This document shows, in pieces, positions 39,684-49,198 of a stretch of 64,000 nucleotides of DNA. How positions within the stretch are numbered: the stretch's first letter is position 1; every line of letters starts with the position of its first letter. Source of the stretch: Candidatus Latescibacterota bacterium (GTDB lineage: Bacteria > Latescibacterota > UBA2968 > GCA-2709665); NCBI GenBank assembly GCA_965219995.1, contig CBDCOX010000002.1:1504001-1568000 (forward strand). Direction: 5' to 3'. A program made the position numbers and the translations under genes. The notes beneath the pieces were generated by a model. That model searched no databases and was not told where the DNA came from. It saw only the letters and a program-made list of their open reading frames with translations.

Positions 39684-39694
39684 GCGATATGATC

Positions 39695-40078
39695 TTACGT
39701 CTGCATGATTTGGATGAGATTTCCGCATGTATCGTCGAAGATCGCCAGCATAACGTCCTGATAGTTGGTCGGCTCCATCGTAAACGAGACGCCGAGCGCC
39801 TTCAATCGCTCAAACTCGGCTTGAGTATCCTCAACGCCGAACGATGCCGCGGGGATGCCCTGTTCGAAGAGTCCCTTTTGGTATGCCTTTGCCACCTGAT
39901 TCCCGTTCGGCTCGAGCAAGAGTTCGGGACCGTCGGGGTTTTCGGGAGAGACGACGGTGAGCCATTTGAACTCCCCGACGGGAACGTCATGCTTCTTCAC
40001 AAAACCCAGCGTTTCCGTATAGAACTTCAGGGCTTTGTCCTGGTCTTCCACAAATACGCCTGTGAGTACGATTTTCAT
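39695..40078 (-). CDS. VOC/glyoxalase protein
   Basis: VEDQDKALKFYTETLGF and FDDTCGNLIQ. Confidence 0.93.
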   Translation of the reverse strand: MKIVLTGVFVEDQDKALKFYTETLGFVKKHDVPVGEFKWLTVVSPENPDGPELLLEPNGNQVAKAYQKGLFEQGIPAASFGVEDTQAEFERLKALGVSFTMEPTNYQDVMLAIFDDTCGNLIQIMQT

Positions 40079-40171
40079 ATCGCGATTCTCCTGGTTATCG
40101 GTCGGTTTCGGGTACGAACGTTTGATGGTATTGCGACAGCTCCAACAAGCGATCGATCGCTACTGTAATTC

Positions 40172-40972
40172 TCACGCGGCCATGAAGGCGGCAAAAGTAC
40201 ACCCCGTTGGATGACAGTAGTTGTATTTGAAGTACGACCTGAATCCAATCTTCCGGTAGACCGGCTCTCCCATCTTCGACGCCTGCAGTACGGCAATCCT
40301 GTACCCCATTTGGCGAGCGTCCTTCATAGGCGCCAGCGTCATCGCAGTTCCGATTCCCTTCCTTCGATGCTCCGGCGAAACTTCCACCTGATAGATTCCC
40401 GCAACCCCGGATGACAGAAACAACATCGAAGTCCCGACCGGCTCGCCGTCGATCCGCCCCACGTAGAGTCGCACCAGGGGCGATTGGATGAGAACCTTGA
40501 ACATTTTGAACTCGAACAGAGTGAAGAAAGACAGCCATTCGCGCAGTCCGTTGTCATCACCCACCCGTTCTAATCTGAGGTCGAGCGGAAATGGACGCAC
40601 TCCATTCATCGCATCCAGTTCCATGGCCATCCCGGGAGGATTGTGATCCATCGCCACGAAGCCGTTTCTCAAGAGTTCATTTCTCAGATTCGCCGGCTGT
40701 GCCTTAGGACCGAACTTGAGAAGCGGCGGCAGCTCCCTTTGCTCAATACCCTCGCGAATACATTGGATACGTTTCTTGAGCATCGCTTCGTGGAAGCGCG
40801 GTTCGACCAGGTAATTCGGCCACCACGGTTTGCCGATGACGCCGGTGTAATCTTCCTCTCTCAGGATCGTCTTACCTCCCGATTCCGCGGCGAAGAGAAA
40901 CAGATCGATGTTGTTCTGCTCGATCGCGACAGTGACAGCGGAATCCGAAGAATCATTCAATATATCTGTCAT
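40172..40972 (-). CDS. GNAT acetyltransferase
   Basis: VSPEHRRKGIG and LQASKMGEPVYRKIGF. Confidence 0.9.
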   Translation of the reverse strand: MTDILNDSSDSAVTVAIEQNNIDLFLFAAESGGKTILREEDYTGVIGKPWWPNYLVEPRFHEAMLKKRIQCIREGIEQRELPPLLKFGPKAQPANLRNELLRNGFVAMDHNPPGMAMELDAMNGVRPFPLDLRLERVGDDNGLREWLSFFTLFEFKMFKVLIQSPLVRLYVGRIDGEPVGTSMLFLSSGVAGIYQVEVSPEHRRKGIGTAMTLAPMKDARQMGYRIAVLQASKMGEPVYRKIGFRSYFKYNYCHPTGCTFAAFMAA

Positions 40973-41045
40973 TCAGGAACCTTTCTCGCCCGATCCAGTG
41001 TCAATAGCAACCGCGTCTGCGACTCCCAATACCCGGTTAAGGCAT

Positions 41046-41453
41046 TCATCGCGGTTCGGCTTGAACCGTTTTCGATATGATCGATTGCAGATCCGGTTCG
41101 GTAAACCGATCCGACTTCAACACTTTGCCGTCCTCCCTGTATATCGGTTTACCGTGCTCATCCAGTTTACTCATGTTGCTCCGGTGGACTTCGTCAAAGA
41201 GCTCTTCGGCAATGTCCTGCAGTCCATGGGTGATGAATGTGCCCAGGAGTACGTAGAGCAAATCGGTAAGGGCGTCCGCGATCTCCACGATATCCCGGTC
41301 TTGTACGGCCTCTCGATATTCCTCCAGTTCCTCCAGGAGCATCCTGACCCGCCATTCGCTTAACTCCGCGGGTACGATTGCGGTAGGCGTGCGCTCTATG
41401 TGCGCTCCGAACACCTCATGAAATCGTCTCACGCTATTCAGTTGATCTTTCAC
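41046..41453 (-). CDS. MazG-like/PRA-PH nucleoside triphosphate pyrophosphohydrolase
   Basis: EELEEY, EIADALTD, EVHRSNMSK and DGKVLK. Confidence 0.92.
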   Translation of the reverse strand: MKDQLNSVRRFHEVFGAHIERTPTAIVPAELSEWRVRMLLEELEEYREAVQDRDIVEIADALTDLLYVLLGTFITHGLQDIAEELFDEVHRSNMSKLDEHGKPIYREDGKVLKSDRFTEPDLQSIISKTVQAEPR

Positions 41454-41621
41454 ACGGCATCTCCCGATAGGCTCTGCCTCAAATGTTGTCGGAATGTCTA
41501 TTGTCTCGCGAACCCAATGATTGTCGTCCCGGCTGATTGGGCGACCGTGAACCCTCTCAGCCGAAGCGCAGACCCTCACGGCGCGCCGATGGGGGGTCTC
41601 CAGTCGGAGCGTCGATTCAAG

Positions 41622-42410
41622 CTATCGTCGATGCTTCAGCAGGAAGATCATCTCAGGCGCTGCCGGATCTATCGGTTTCCGGTCAAAAGACCCGAATTCC
41701 CCCACGGTCTCGAGACCGGCGGCGTGAAAAAGCGCCTTGAGATGAGGATAGGTATACACGCTCATCCTGAATGGCTCTTCTTCCTCGGACAGTACGCGGC
41801 CGCCTTTATACAGCCGGAAGATAAACCTGCCGGCGAAACCCATGTTAACCGGATCGAATCCTTCCTTGACGAAGAATCTCCGGATGGTCCGACCGGTCCC
41901 GTCGCCGGCCGACCATTCCAGTTCCAGGTGTTCCTCGCCGTCGCCGGATAGAAGCTTGTCGAAGCGGGGATTGAACACGTCGAACGCGAGGACGCCTCCA
42001 TCCTTCAGATGTTTCCCGGCGTTTCTCAGCGCGGCCAGTTGATCTTCCACGGTGTACATATGCTGCATGGGTCTGAATGGAATGATTACCAGGGAGAAAC
42101 GATCCCTGAGAGAAAGGGTCCTGAAATCGCCCTCGACAACGCGTACCCTGCGTCTGGCGCCTGCAGGTTCTTTGGCGAGCTTTGTGCGCAGAGCCTCCAG
42201 CATCGCGCGAGAAGCATCAACCCCCGTGACATCGTGGCCCTGCCGCGCAAGCGGCAACGTGATTCTGCCGGTCCCGCAGCCCAGCTCCAGTACAGGCCCG
42301 CCATATTCCCCGGCCAGGTCCAGATAGAAGTCTCTGTCAACCAGGTCTTCCTTAACGCTGTATGCGGCGTCGTAGTGCTTCGCCGCCAGACTGTAGGCAT
42401 CATCGATCAT
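41622..42410 (-). CDS. Class I SAM-dependent methyltransferase
   Basis: VLELGCGTGR. Confidence 0.93.
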   Translation of the reverse strand: MIDDAYSLAAKHYDAAYSVKEDLVDRDFYLDLAGEYGGPVLELGCGTGRITLPLARQGHDVTGVDASRAMLEALRTKLAKEPAGARRRVRVVEGDFRTLSLRDRFSLVIIPFRPMQHMYTVEDQLAALRNAGKHLKDGGVLAFDVFNPRFDKLLSGDGEEHLELEWSAGDGTGRTIRRFFVKEGFDPVNMGFAGRFIFRLYKGGRVLSEEEEPFRMSVYTYPHLKALFHAAGLETVGEFGSFDRKPIDPAAPEMIFLLKHRR

Positions 42411-43240
42411 CGCGAGTTTCCGATCACATTCTCAGAGCCAACCAGTTTCTCCCTCAGTTCAATCGCTGCCTGGAAGGCATCCGCAAGGAATTCAGAAGGG
42501 GCTTGAGCGAAATCCTGGGGCACTGACTCGATCATAATGGGACCCCGGCGGGATGCGGGATATGCTCTTGCAACGGTGTCCCAATTGACAATTCCCTTCA
42601 TCGGCAACCAGTGAACGTCGCCATGGCCGTCTGTATCCGAGAAATGGGTCGTGATAAGACGATGCGCCCATTTCTCAAGCACGGCGCCGGGCGTACTGGA
42701 ATACAGGAAATCGTGCGAGCTATCGTAACACAAGCCGAGGCTCGCCAGAGGAAGCTCAGTCAGAATGAAATCCAGACGATCGGTCAGCCTTGTATTCTCC
42801 AGAGCCAGCGCGACCCCACAGTTTGCCGCCTCCTCGCCCAACCGCCGTAAGGTTTCCAGACCTTCCGCACAAGGCGGAGGCGGCGATGGCCCCTTCGTTA
42901 CGTGAAGCACGATGCGGGAAATGGAATGCCGGCTGCAATACTCGATCAGCTTGACGTTCTCATTCACCAACGCGTCACGTTCTCCCTGCCGATCGGACCA
43001 GAAAGCATTCGCGTTGTCGTAGGGTGCGTGGACGTGATCGACGGCGAGCCCGGCATCTGCAACCATTCCCGGCATTTCGTGGGCACGACCCGATGCAACC
43101 AGGGGTTCTTTGTTGCCCATCCAAAGAAAGGTGTGACTGAATCCACTCTGTCTGATCAGACGTAAGCGTTCATAGAGAGGCAGTTCGTAGCCGAACCATG
43201 AGAATATTCCGAGAGGGGCCCGGGCGCTACCGGAGGTCAT
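42407..43240 (-). CDS. Sugar phosphate isomerase/epimerase (AP endonuclease 2 TIM barrel)
   Basis: HAP, ALEN, CYDSSH and HFSD..HWLP. Confidence 0.9.
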   Translation of the reverse strand: MTSGSARAPLGIFSWFGYELPLYERLRLIRQSGFSHTFLWMGNKEPLVASGRAHEMPGMVADAGLAVDHVHAPYDNANAFWSDRQGERDALVNENVKLIEYCSRHSISRIVLHVTKGPSPPPPCAEGLETLRRLGEEAANCGVALALENTRLTDRLDFILTELPLASLGLCYDSSHDFLYSSTPGAVLEKWAHRLITTHFSDTDGHGDVHWLPMKGIVNWDTVARAYPASRRGPIMIESVPQDFAQAPSEFLADAFQAAIELREKLVGSENVIGNSR

Positions 43241-43318
43241 GGGTTGCTCTTTTTTTCATGTTGTACCATTCGTTTCGTCCATTTCTGTCTCAAGCTGTCG
43301 CTCCGATACAGCAGGGCA

Positions 43319-43732
43319 TCAGAGCCGTTGTTGTTTCTTGAGTTCCGGGACGATGTGGTTCCGCAGAATGGGATTCAACTGGTATTTCCCGGATTCGAGA
43401 TCCGCCATGGATGCCCAGGCGATCTCGAGTACTTCGTCCTGGTCGGGAACGGGTTCTCCTTCAAAACCTGCGACGTAAGCCCTGACCCTCACGATGTGCC
43501 GGTCTCCGGATTCCTCAGGGTTGGCCAGACGCTCGTATTCCCCGAAGAATTCAGCGTCCGTCGGGGTGATGTTCAGCTCTTCCTTCAACTCTCTTCGCAG
43601 TGTATCCAGGTCCGACTCGCCGTCTTCGACCTTTCCGCCCGGCAGGAGATAATCGTCGATGCCGTCGCACTTCACGAGCAGGAGGCCATCGTGGGAAATC
43701 AGAATTCCCGAAATGCGAACGAATGTCTTCAT
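43319..43732 (-). CDS. NUDIX hydrolase
   Basis: PGGKVEDGESDLDTLRRELKEEL. Confidence 0.92.
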   Translation of the reverse strand: MKTFVRISGILISHDGLLLVKCDGIDDYLLPGGKVEDGESDLDTLRRELKEELNITPTDAEFFGEYERLANPEESGDRHIVRVRAYVAGFEGEPVPDQDEVLEIAWASMADLESGKYQLNPILRNHIVPELKKQQRL

Positions 43733-43759
43733 TGCCTGCTTTCAGGTACCCGATTTATT

Positions 43760-43950
43760 CATGAACCGGAACTTACATGGATGGACAGGATCGACAGGAT
43801 AAAAACCAGGAACCGGAATAATTCACCCAATTCAAGGTTATCGCGATGAATCGGTCTACCGTAAGCTACACCACGAGACCCCGATCGTACCATGTCTCAG
43901 GTTGACGAAATTCCCTAAGGCAAATTTACTGAAAAGCAGCCGCTTATAAA
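43760..43950 (+). repeat. Family B element copy 3
   Basis: ACATGGATGGACAGGATCGACAGGATAAAAACCAGGA ... TACTGAAAAGCAGCCGCTTATA. Confidence 0.75.
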
Positions 43951-44072
43951 GTAGACGATCACGATTTGTGGGAAAACTACCGGTATTGACATAAGACGAA
44001 GATCTGTAATCTTTCTATTCTCTCCGGCGGCTGCGCCACCGATCCACAGTCCGCCGGAATTGCCCTTCCTGT

Positions 44073-44567
44073 TTACGCCAATTCCTCCACCTTCAGGGAC
44101 TTAACCGTTACAGTGGACCCCCACCCCGGTCCGATACATACCGGCCCAATGAGGCCGTTGTAGTTATTTCGTTGAAACTCATCCGGGGTCTCGCCTTCGT
44201 TGCTGTAACGCAACTCACCGTCGACCAGCACCCGCATGAAATCCTCCTTTATCTCCCACGTCACCCTCACCCATGTATCCCGCGGAACCTGCCCCTGGCC
44301 CTCCGCGAAGAACGTATGGCCGTAGACCGGTTCGTAACCCGCCATCTCTTCCAGTGCGACTTCCCAGTTCAAGATCACGTGCCCCTTTGCAAAATGAAGC
44401 CGCAGGTTTGTGGAATCCGTCTTCGCCACCGCTTCGATCCGCAGCGGCACGGCGTAAATACCAGGAGTGCGAACGTATCCGTATCCCGTAAGGCTCAGCT
44501 GCTCACTGTTGCATTTTGCGACACATTCGCTGACCGGGACCAACCGGGAAAGTGGTATCTCCGGCAT
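44073..44567 (-). CDS. Hypothetical beta-sandwich (ConA/LamG-like) protein
   Basis: WVRVTWEI..MRVLVDGE..VTVKSLKV; GGAGG RBS. Confidence 0.7.
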   Translation of the reverse strand: MPEIPLSRLVPVSECVAKCNSEQLSLTGYGYVRTPGIYAVPLRIEAVAKTDSTNLRLHFAKGHVILNWEVALEEMAGYEPVYGHTFFAEGQGQVPRDTWVRVTWEIKEDFMRVLVDGELRYSNEGETPDEFQRNNYNGLIGPVCIGPGWGSTVTVKSLKVEELA

Positions 44568-44602
44568 CTCAACCTCCTCTTAACCCCTTTAATTCATATA
44601 AC

Positions 44603-44844
44603 GAAACTAACATGGATGGACAGGATGGACAGGATGAAAACCAAATCCGATCAGGAATTACAGGATTAGAAGGGATTAATAACCAGGAGCAGAGCAATTG
44701 CTCACTCTTCCAAGCAACAGCGATGAATCTGGCCACCCTGAGACCACGACAATACCCTGGTTGACCCGACTCCTGACTATTCAAGGTTTTCGTCATATAC
44801 ACTGCTAATGTTATTCAAAATCAACCGATTATACAACAAACTCA
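44603..44844 (+). repeat. Family B element copy 4, with perfect IHF consensus
   Basis: ACATGGATGGACAGGATGGACAGGATG; AATCAACCGATTA at 44819-44831 fits WATCAANNNNTTR. Confidence 0.82.
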
Positions 44845-44867
44845 CTGGTCTTCATGAATAATTCGGA

Positions 44868-45707
44868 TCAAATCAGTCCGATTTTCCTGAACAGAAACAG
44901 GGCTTCAACGGTAAAGCTCGCCCGGTGTTCCTCACCGTGGCCGGTAATCCAGCCCCCGTCCTCCTGTTGGTTGCTGGTCACGCTGGCCAACGAAAGTTTA
45001 AAGAGGTCTTCCGCAACGTCACCGGCAAGATGGCTGGCGTGCGCAATGGAGATGACGTCTCCCGGATCCCCTTTGCCCTGTTCCACAGTATCATACAATA
45101 TCCTCCTGCATCCGCTGACAATCTCTTCGTCCGTCCCATTGCCGGATTCGTGGAGATGAAACAGTGGCAGCGCCATCCAGTGCGTGTGGTTGTAGTCCGG
45201 AAATCTCTCGCCATTCCATCCTCGCCGGATGAACTCCACGGCTTTTGCGAAATCCACCTCGTGCTGCATGCCCGATTCCATCAGTTTGCAGCACAGCGCC
45301 GAGGTCAGCCAGACCTGATTTCCGTACCGGCCGGGCAGCATCCAGAACGGCGGATTGAAATCCACAATGGCTTCCGGCTCATCCCAGCTTCCGTCTTCGC
45401 GCTGGGTTCTTCGGAGATAGTCGAGTGTATTCAGCAACACTGAACTGTCGCGATCTCCAATCCAATTCAGCCATTGAAGCGCGACGAACGTCGCGGTGAT
45501 GATCGACAGGTCGCCCTGAAAGTCCTTGTCCGTTCTCGTCCAGCCACCGTCATCTCTCTGATTGAAGGCGAGGGCCTCGATAACCTCGCCGCGACTGCAA
45601 TCTCCCGTTGCAAATCTGGCCAAACTCGAAAGTGCGGGATCGTCGGAATCAAGGACGAAAGCCACGGCTTTTAGCGGATCAATTCTGCTCACGATTCCTT
45701 CCTCCAA
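44868..45707 (-). CDS. Prenyltransferase/squalene-cyclase repeat (QW-motif) protein
   Basis: QRDDGGW, QREDGSW and QQEDGGW. Confidence 0.82.
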   Translation of the reverse strand: MEEGIVSRIDPLKAVAFVLDSDDPALSSLARFATGDCSRGEVIEALAFNQRDDGGWTRTDKDFQGDLSIITATFVALQWLNWIGDRDSSVLLNTLDYLRRTQREDGSWDEPEAIVDFNPPFWMLPGRYGNQVWLTSALCCKLMESGMQHEVDFAKAVEFIRRGWNGERFPDYNHTHWMALPLFHLHESGNGTDEEIVSGCRRILYDTVEQGKGDPGDVISIAHASHLAGDVAEDLFKLSLASVTSNQQEDGGWITGHGEEHRASFTVEALFLFRKIGLI

Positions 45708-45771
45708 CGGTCATTCGAACTTGGTGGCCGAAGAGCGGGATTCCTTGGCTGCTCGCGTCCAGCCACGCGCT

Positions 45772-46830
45772 TCAACTGGCAAGGCTGGGCAACACGTCTT
45801 CCGCCCTTCCAGCCAGGTATAGGTCATCCTCGTGCAGAAACTCCGGGCGGTCCGGAGAGACCGCGGCGACTCTCAGGCCACTGTCGCGCGAATAGCTGAT
45901 CAATCCGTGTTCATCTCTACCAAGACCGATCGCGAGGAGAACCTTCCCGTCCTTGAACCACCCCCATCCACGAGCGCCGGGCTTGAAGTCATCCGGATTC
46001 TTCACGTGGACGTTGACTGATCCCGCCCGTTCGTGGAGCCTGTCTCCATTCCCTGTAATAACGCGGAGAACGAAGCCTCTATCCTCCAGGTTAGCCAATG
46101 CTCGATGTGCGCCATTTGGTTCCGCCTGCAGGAAGGCGGCTTGAAAACTCCCAAGAATCTCCGCGAGTTTACGTGGCTTTTCAATCATCAAGTCCGCGAC
46201 GGCGCCCGGAAACGGTTCATGCAGCGGGAAATGGCGCTCCAGACCCTCGGAACCCCTGAAGCTGGGGATCCCGCTCCCTGTGGATATTCCGGCACCGGTG
46301 ATTGCGACCGCGGGGTTTTGAGACACGAGCGTCTTCAGGTCCGAAATCGTGATGCTCTTTGCAGCTTCCGGACGCGCATTTGCGCTAACCGGATAGTACT
46401 GGTTTCTCGCGGCGAGACCGCCTCCTGACGCCGAAACCCTCGGCTCGAATCGACGGAAGTGCGATTCTTGAAGATCCTCTGAGTCCCCGTAGGTGAGGAC
46501 GAGGTGACTCGCCATTGTTCCGCGGCCGGTATGTGAAGACAACAGTTCAATCCGGAATTCGACCGTTCCACTGCCGGGCGCGGTGGAAACGGAAGCCAGC
46601 TTCCGTCTGAGCTGTTCGACCTCGTCATCGAACTCATCTTTCGCATATTCTCCGGAACAAGCGACGCATAGATCGAGCAATTCGACCGTTCCCGCTCGGT
46701 CCACCCCGAGTCGGCCGTAGAATCCAAATGTCCTTCCCCGACCCACAAAAGTCCAGTCGAAGTCAGCAAAACTCCCCCAGATCAACCTGTAGGATTCAAG
46801 CTGCGAGTTTGTGAGATTGACAACAAGCAT
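45772..46830 (-). CDS. Atypical Sir2-family protein with an unknown N-terminal domain
   Basis: TGAGISTGSGIPSFRG, PNGAHRALA and TGNGDRLHERAG; no HG/Zn subdomain. Confidence 0.82.
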   Translation of the reverse strand: MLVVNLTNSQLESYRLIWGSFADFDWTFVGRGRTFGFYGRLGVDRAGTVELLDLCVACSGEYAKDEFDDEVEQLRRKLASVSTAPGSGTVEFRIELLSSHTGRGTMASHLVLTYGDSEDLQESHFRRFEPRVSASGGGLAARNQYYPVSANARPEAAKSITISDLKTLVSQNPAVAITGAGISTGSGIPSFRGSEGLERHFPLHEPFPGAVADLMIEKPRKLAEILGSFQAAFLQAEPNGAHRALANLEDRGFVLRVITGNGDRLHERAGSVNVHVKNPDDFKPGARGWGWFKDGKVLLAIGLGRDEHGLISYSRDSGLRVAAVSPDRPEFLHEDDLYLAGRAEDVLPSLAS

Positions 46831-46926
46831 ATTTCAGATTGTGCCGGGTGAGCAACCGCCGACGTTTTCGCCGCGCGCGAGTCGTAACTGCTATCCTATA
46901 GTCCGAAAAACCATCGTCGATTTACC

Positions 46927-47490
46927 CTATGCTTTTCTTGCCTGCTTCAAGTCATACGCAAATCGGTACAGTTCACCGAAGTCCGGGGATTCCGGACCGA
47001 ACAGCGCCGGCACCTCGCTAAAATGGACGGCCCGGACTTCGACAATCCCACTATGCGGATCAGGATCAGATCTGTCTTCGGTGTTCGGGACCACGTCCGC
47101 CCACGATACCACTCGCACATGGACCGGATGAGGGACGTGGGGCAATCTTGGTCGGTCGTTTCGAGAGACGCAATAGTACATCCCCATGGGATGAAGCTTT
47201 CCCGGAACCCACCCGGTCTCCTCCAACAGTTCGCGACGACCGGCCTCCTCCCAGCTCTCGCCAGGCTCGACGGTGCCTCCCGGCAGGACCCATTTTCCGT
47301 TAGACCGCCTGGTCACGAGACAATGCGTATCCGATACGAAGGGAATGACATAAGACGAGCCGCAAGCGGTCGACGCCATTTCAGCTTCGAACCCGCGGAA
47401 GTGGACGTCGGGACGCAACTTCCCCTTCTCCCCGCTGAGCACGGGGTATTTCGCTATCAATTGATCGAACTGCGCAGGATCCACGTTCAA
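46927..47490 (-). CDS. NUDIX hydrolase
   Basis: PGGTVEPGESWEEAGRRELLEETG. Confidence 0.92.
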   Translation of the reverse strand: MNVDPAQFDQLIAKYPVLSGEKGKLRPDVHFRGFEAEMASTACGSSYVIPFVSDTHCLVTRRSNGKWVLPGGTVEPGESWEEAGRRELLEETGWVPGKLHPMGMYYCVSRNDRPRLPHVPHPVHVRVVSWADVVPNTEDRSDPDPHSGIVEVRAVHFSEVPALFGPESPDFGELYRFAYDLKQARKA

Positions 47491-47571
47491 TCTGGTCCGT
47501 TTCCCGAGTCGAGTCCTGCCTCGCAGCGATGACAGTCGTTCAAGCCCGGTGGCGCGCGTCGCGGTTTCGTT

Positions 47572-48375
47572 TCAGTCGAGTGGCTTTCCCCATGTTACTC
47601 TCGTTTGAAGATCGAAGCTGAGAATCCCGCGTTCGTCGGCGTATTCGAAGAGGACGTCCGATAGCCGGGCATCAAAAGCCGCAGCGTTGACCTCCCCCAT
47701 GTGTTCCACGGACATGCTCTCACGCGAGTGAAAGGAACCGACGTAGTCCCGAATCGACTGCAAAAAAGGAACGGGCGCGGTCAGTACATCCGCCAGCCGC
47801 AGAAAGTGTCCGCGGTCCTCGAGCTCTTGAATCAAATCAATGTCTTCGTAATGCGGGTTCGTCGAATATTCGCGAATCAGCGAGAGCTCTGCTTCCCGCC
47901 ATGGCGGTTGGATGGGTCGATCGCCGTCGATAATGACAACGTGCCCGCCATCCGGCATCGCTTTCCTGAATCTCGGAAAGACGGTCTTCCACTCCATCCA
48001 GTGGATGCTTGCGCCCGCTGTCACGAGGGTGTAGGGCGGGTCCCATTCCACCTCCTCGACGCGTCCGTGAATCCATCTGAGGCGCGTATGTTCTCCGTTG
48101 GGCAGCGACTTTCCCACACGAATCATGTCTTCCGAAAAGTCGATTGCATCCACGCCATCCGCGTAATCCACAAGCCTTCGAGCGATCTTGCCCGTACCGC
48201 AGCCGGCGTCCAGGACTCTGCCCGGCGCCCGCCCGAGCAAGTCTCTGAGTATTTTGAACACTTCTTCCGGATATGGAGGACGTAGCTCGTAGGCGTCCGC
48301 AAGGCTCTTATGCTTGAACCGCGACGCATAATCATCCCAGTACTGACGCGGCCTCGTGGAGATGTCTGTGGCCAT
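47572..48375 (-). CDS. Class I SAM-dependent methyltransferase
   Basis: RPPYP, VLDAGCGTG and SIHW. Confidence 0.92.
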   Translation of the reverse strand: MATDISTRPRQYWDDYASRFKHKSLADAYELRPPYPEEVFKILRDLLGRAPGRVLDAGCGTGKIARRLVDYADGVDAIDFSEDMIRVGKSLPNGEHTRLRWIHGRVEEVEWDPPYTLVTAGASIHWMEWKTVFPRFRKAMPDGGHVVIIDGDRPIQPPWREAELSLIREYSTNPHYEDIDLIQELEDRGHFLRLADVLTAPVPFLQSIRDYVGSFHSRESMSVEHMGEVNAAAFDARLSDVLFEYADERGILSFDLQTRVTWGKPLD

Positions 48376-48439
48376 CCTAATCAGCCCTATAACGTAGCGT
48401 GGCTATTTGGACCGGTCCACCTGTTGACGTCCGTGAAAT

Positions 48440-49153
48440 CTAACGGGTTTCCGTGATCGAATGGATCGCCGAAGGCAGGGAATACAGGTTGGAAATTGTC
48501 TCGTCCGGGAATTCATCTGGCACGCGAGGTTCCAACGCCGCGTATCTGCCTTGCCGCATCCAAACGGTCCGAAGGCCAACCTGCTTCGAGGGAATGATAT
48601 CGTTGTCGAGGCGATCGCCGATCATAATCGCCTCCGAAGGCGCAAATCCCGCCCGGTCAAGTAATGTGCGGAAGAATCGCTCATCAGGCTTCTTGATCCC
48701 GAGGCTGCCTGACACGTCCGTATGGCGAAACCATCGCAATACACCAAGATCGTCCAGGACGTCAACAATACTCGCGGGCGCGTTACCGGCCAGCGCGAGC
48801 GTGTATTCTCCGGCCAAGCGTTTGAGAACCACATCGGCCCCGGGATACAGCTGGCAACCGAGTGCCCGGATCTCCGGGTAGTGCGATCGCACTTCCCCGG
48901 TGATCTCGTTGAAGAGGCGCACATCAGACCCGGCGAAGTGCCACGTGATCGCGTGCATGGCGCTCGGAACGAACCGCGAAATCTTGTCGCTGTCCAACTG
49001 TCTGTACTCTGCAATGGACAACTCAAAGCCGAAGTTGCCAAGCGTGGTTCGATGCACCTCCATCAACGCATCCTGTTGACCGGCAGCGTCGAGAAGGGTC
49101 TCTCCGATATCGAACAGCAGCACCGAAATCATGGGAGTCTCAGCTTGGTTCAT
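48440..49153 (-). CDS. HAD-family hydrolase
   Basis: FDIGETL, KPD and GDRLDND. Confidence 0.92.
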   Translation of the reverse strand: MNQAETPMISVLLFDIGETLLDAAGQQDALMEVHRTTLGNFGFELSIAEYRQLDSDKISRFVPSAMHAITWHFAGSDVRLFNEITGEVRSHYPEIRALGCQLYPGADVVLKRLAGEYTLALAGNAPASIVDVLDDLGVLRWFRHTDVSGSLGIKKPDERFFRTLLDRAGFAPSEAIMIGDRLDNDIIPSKQVGLRTVWMRQGRYAALEPRVPDEFPDETISNLYSLPSAIHSITETR

Positions 49154-49198
49154 CCAATATACGGCGCGAAGTCATCCAACGTCGTCAGCTCTTGCAAG

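Noticed and set aside
39105-39708. ORFs translated from repeats (VILSEAKNL, VGQTFLSA; likewise 62714-63292, 54963-55577 and 57361-57786)
   Set aside because: They are translations of non-coding palindromic elements or antisense frames, not supported genes
48376-48439. attC-like AAC...GTT spacer upstream of a methyltransferase
   Set aside because: The ends do not fit RYYYAAC/GTTRRRY, internal pairing is poor, and no similar site recurs at other junctions
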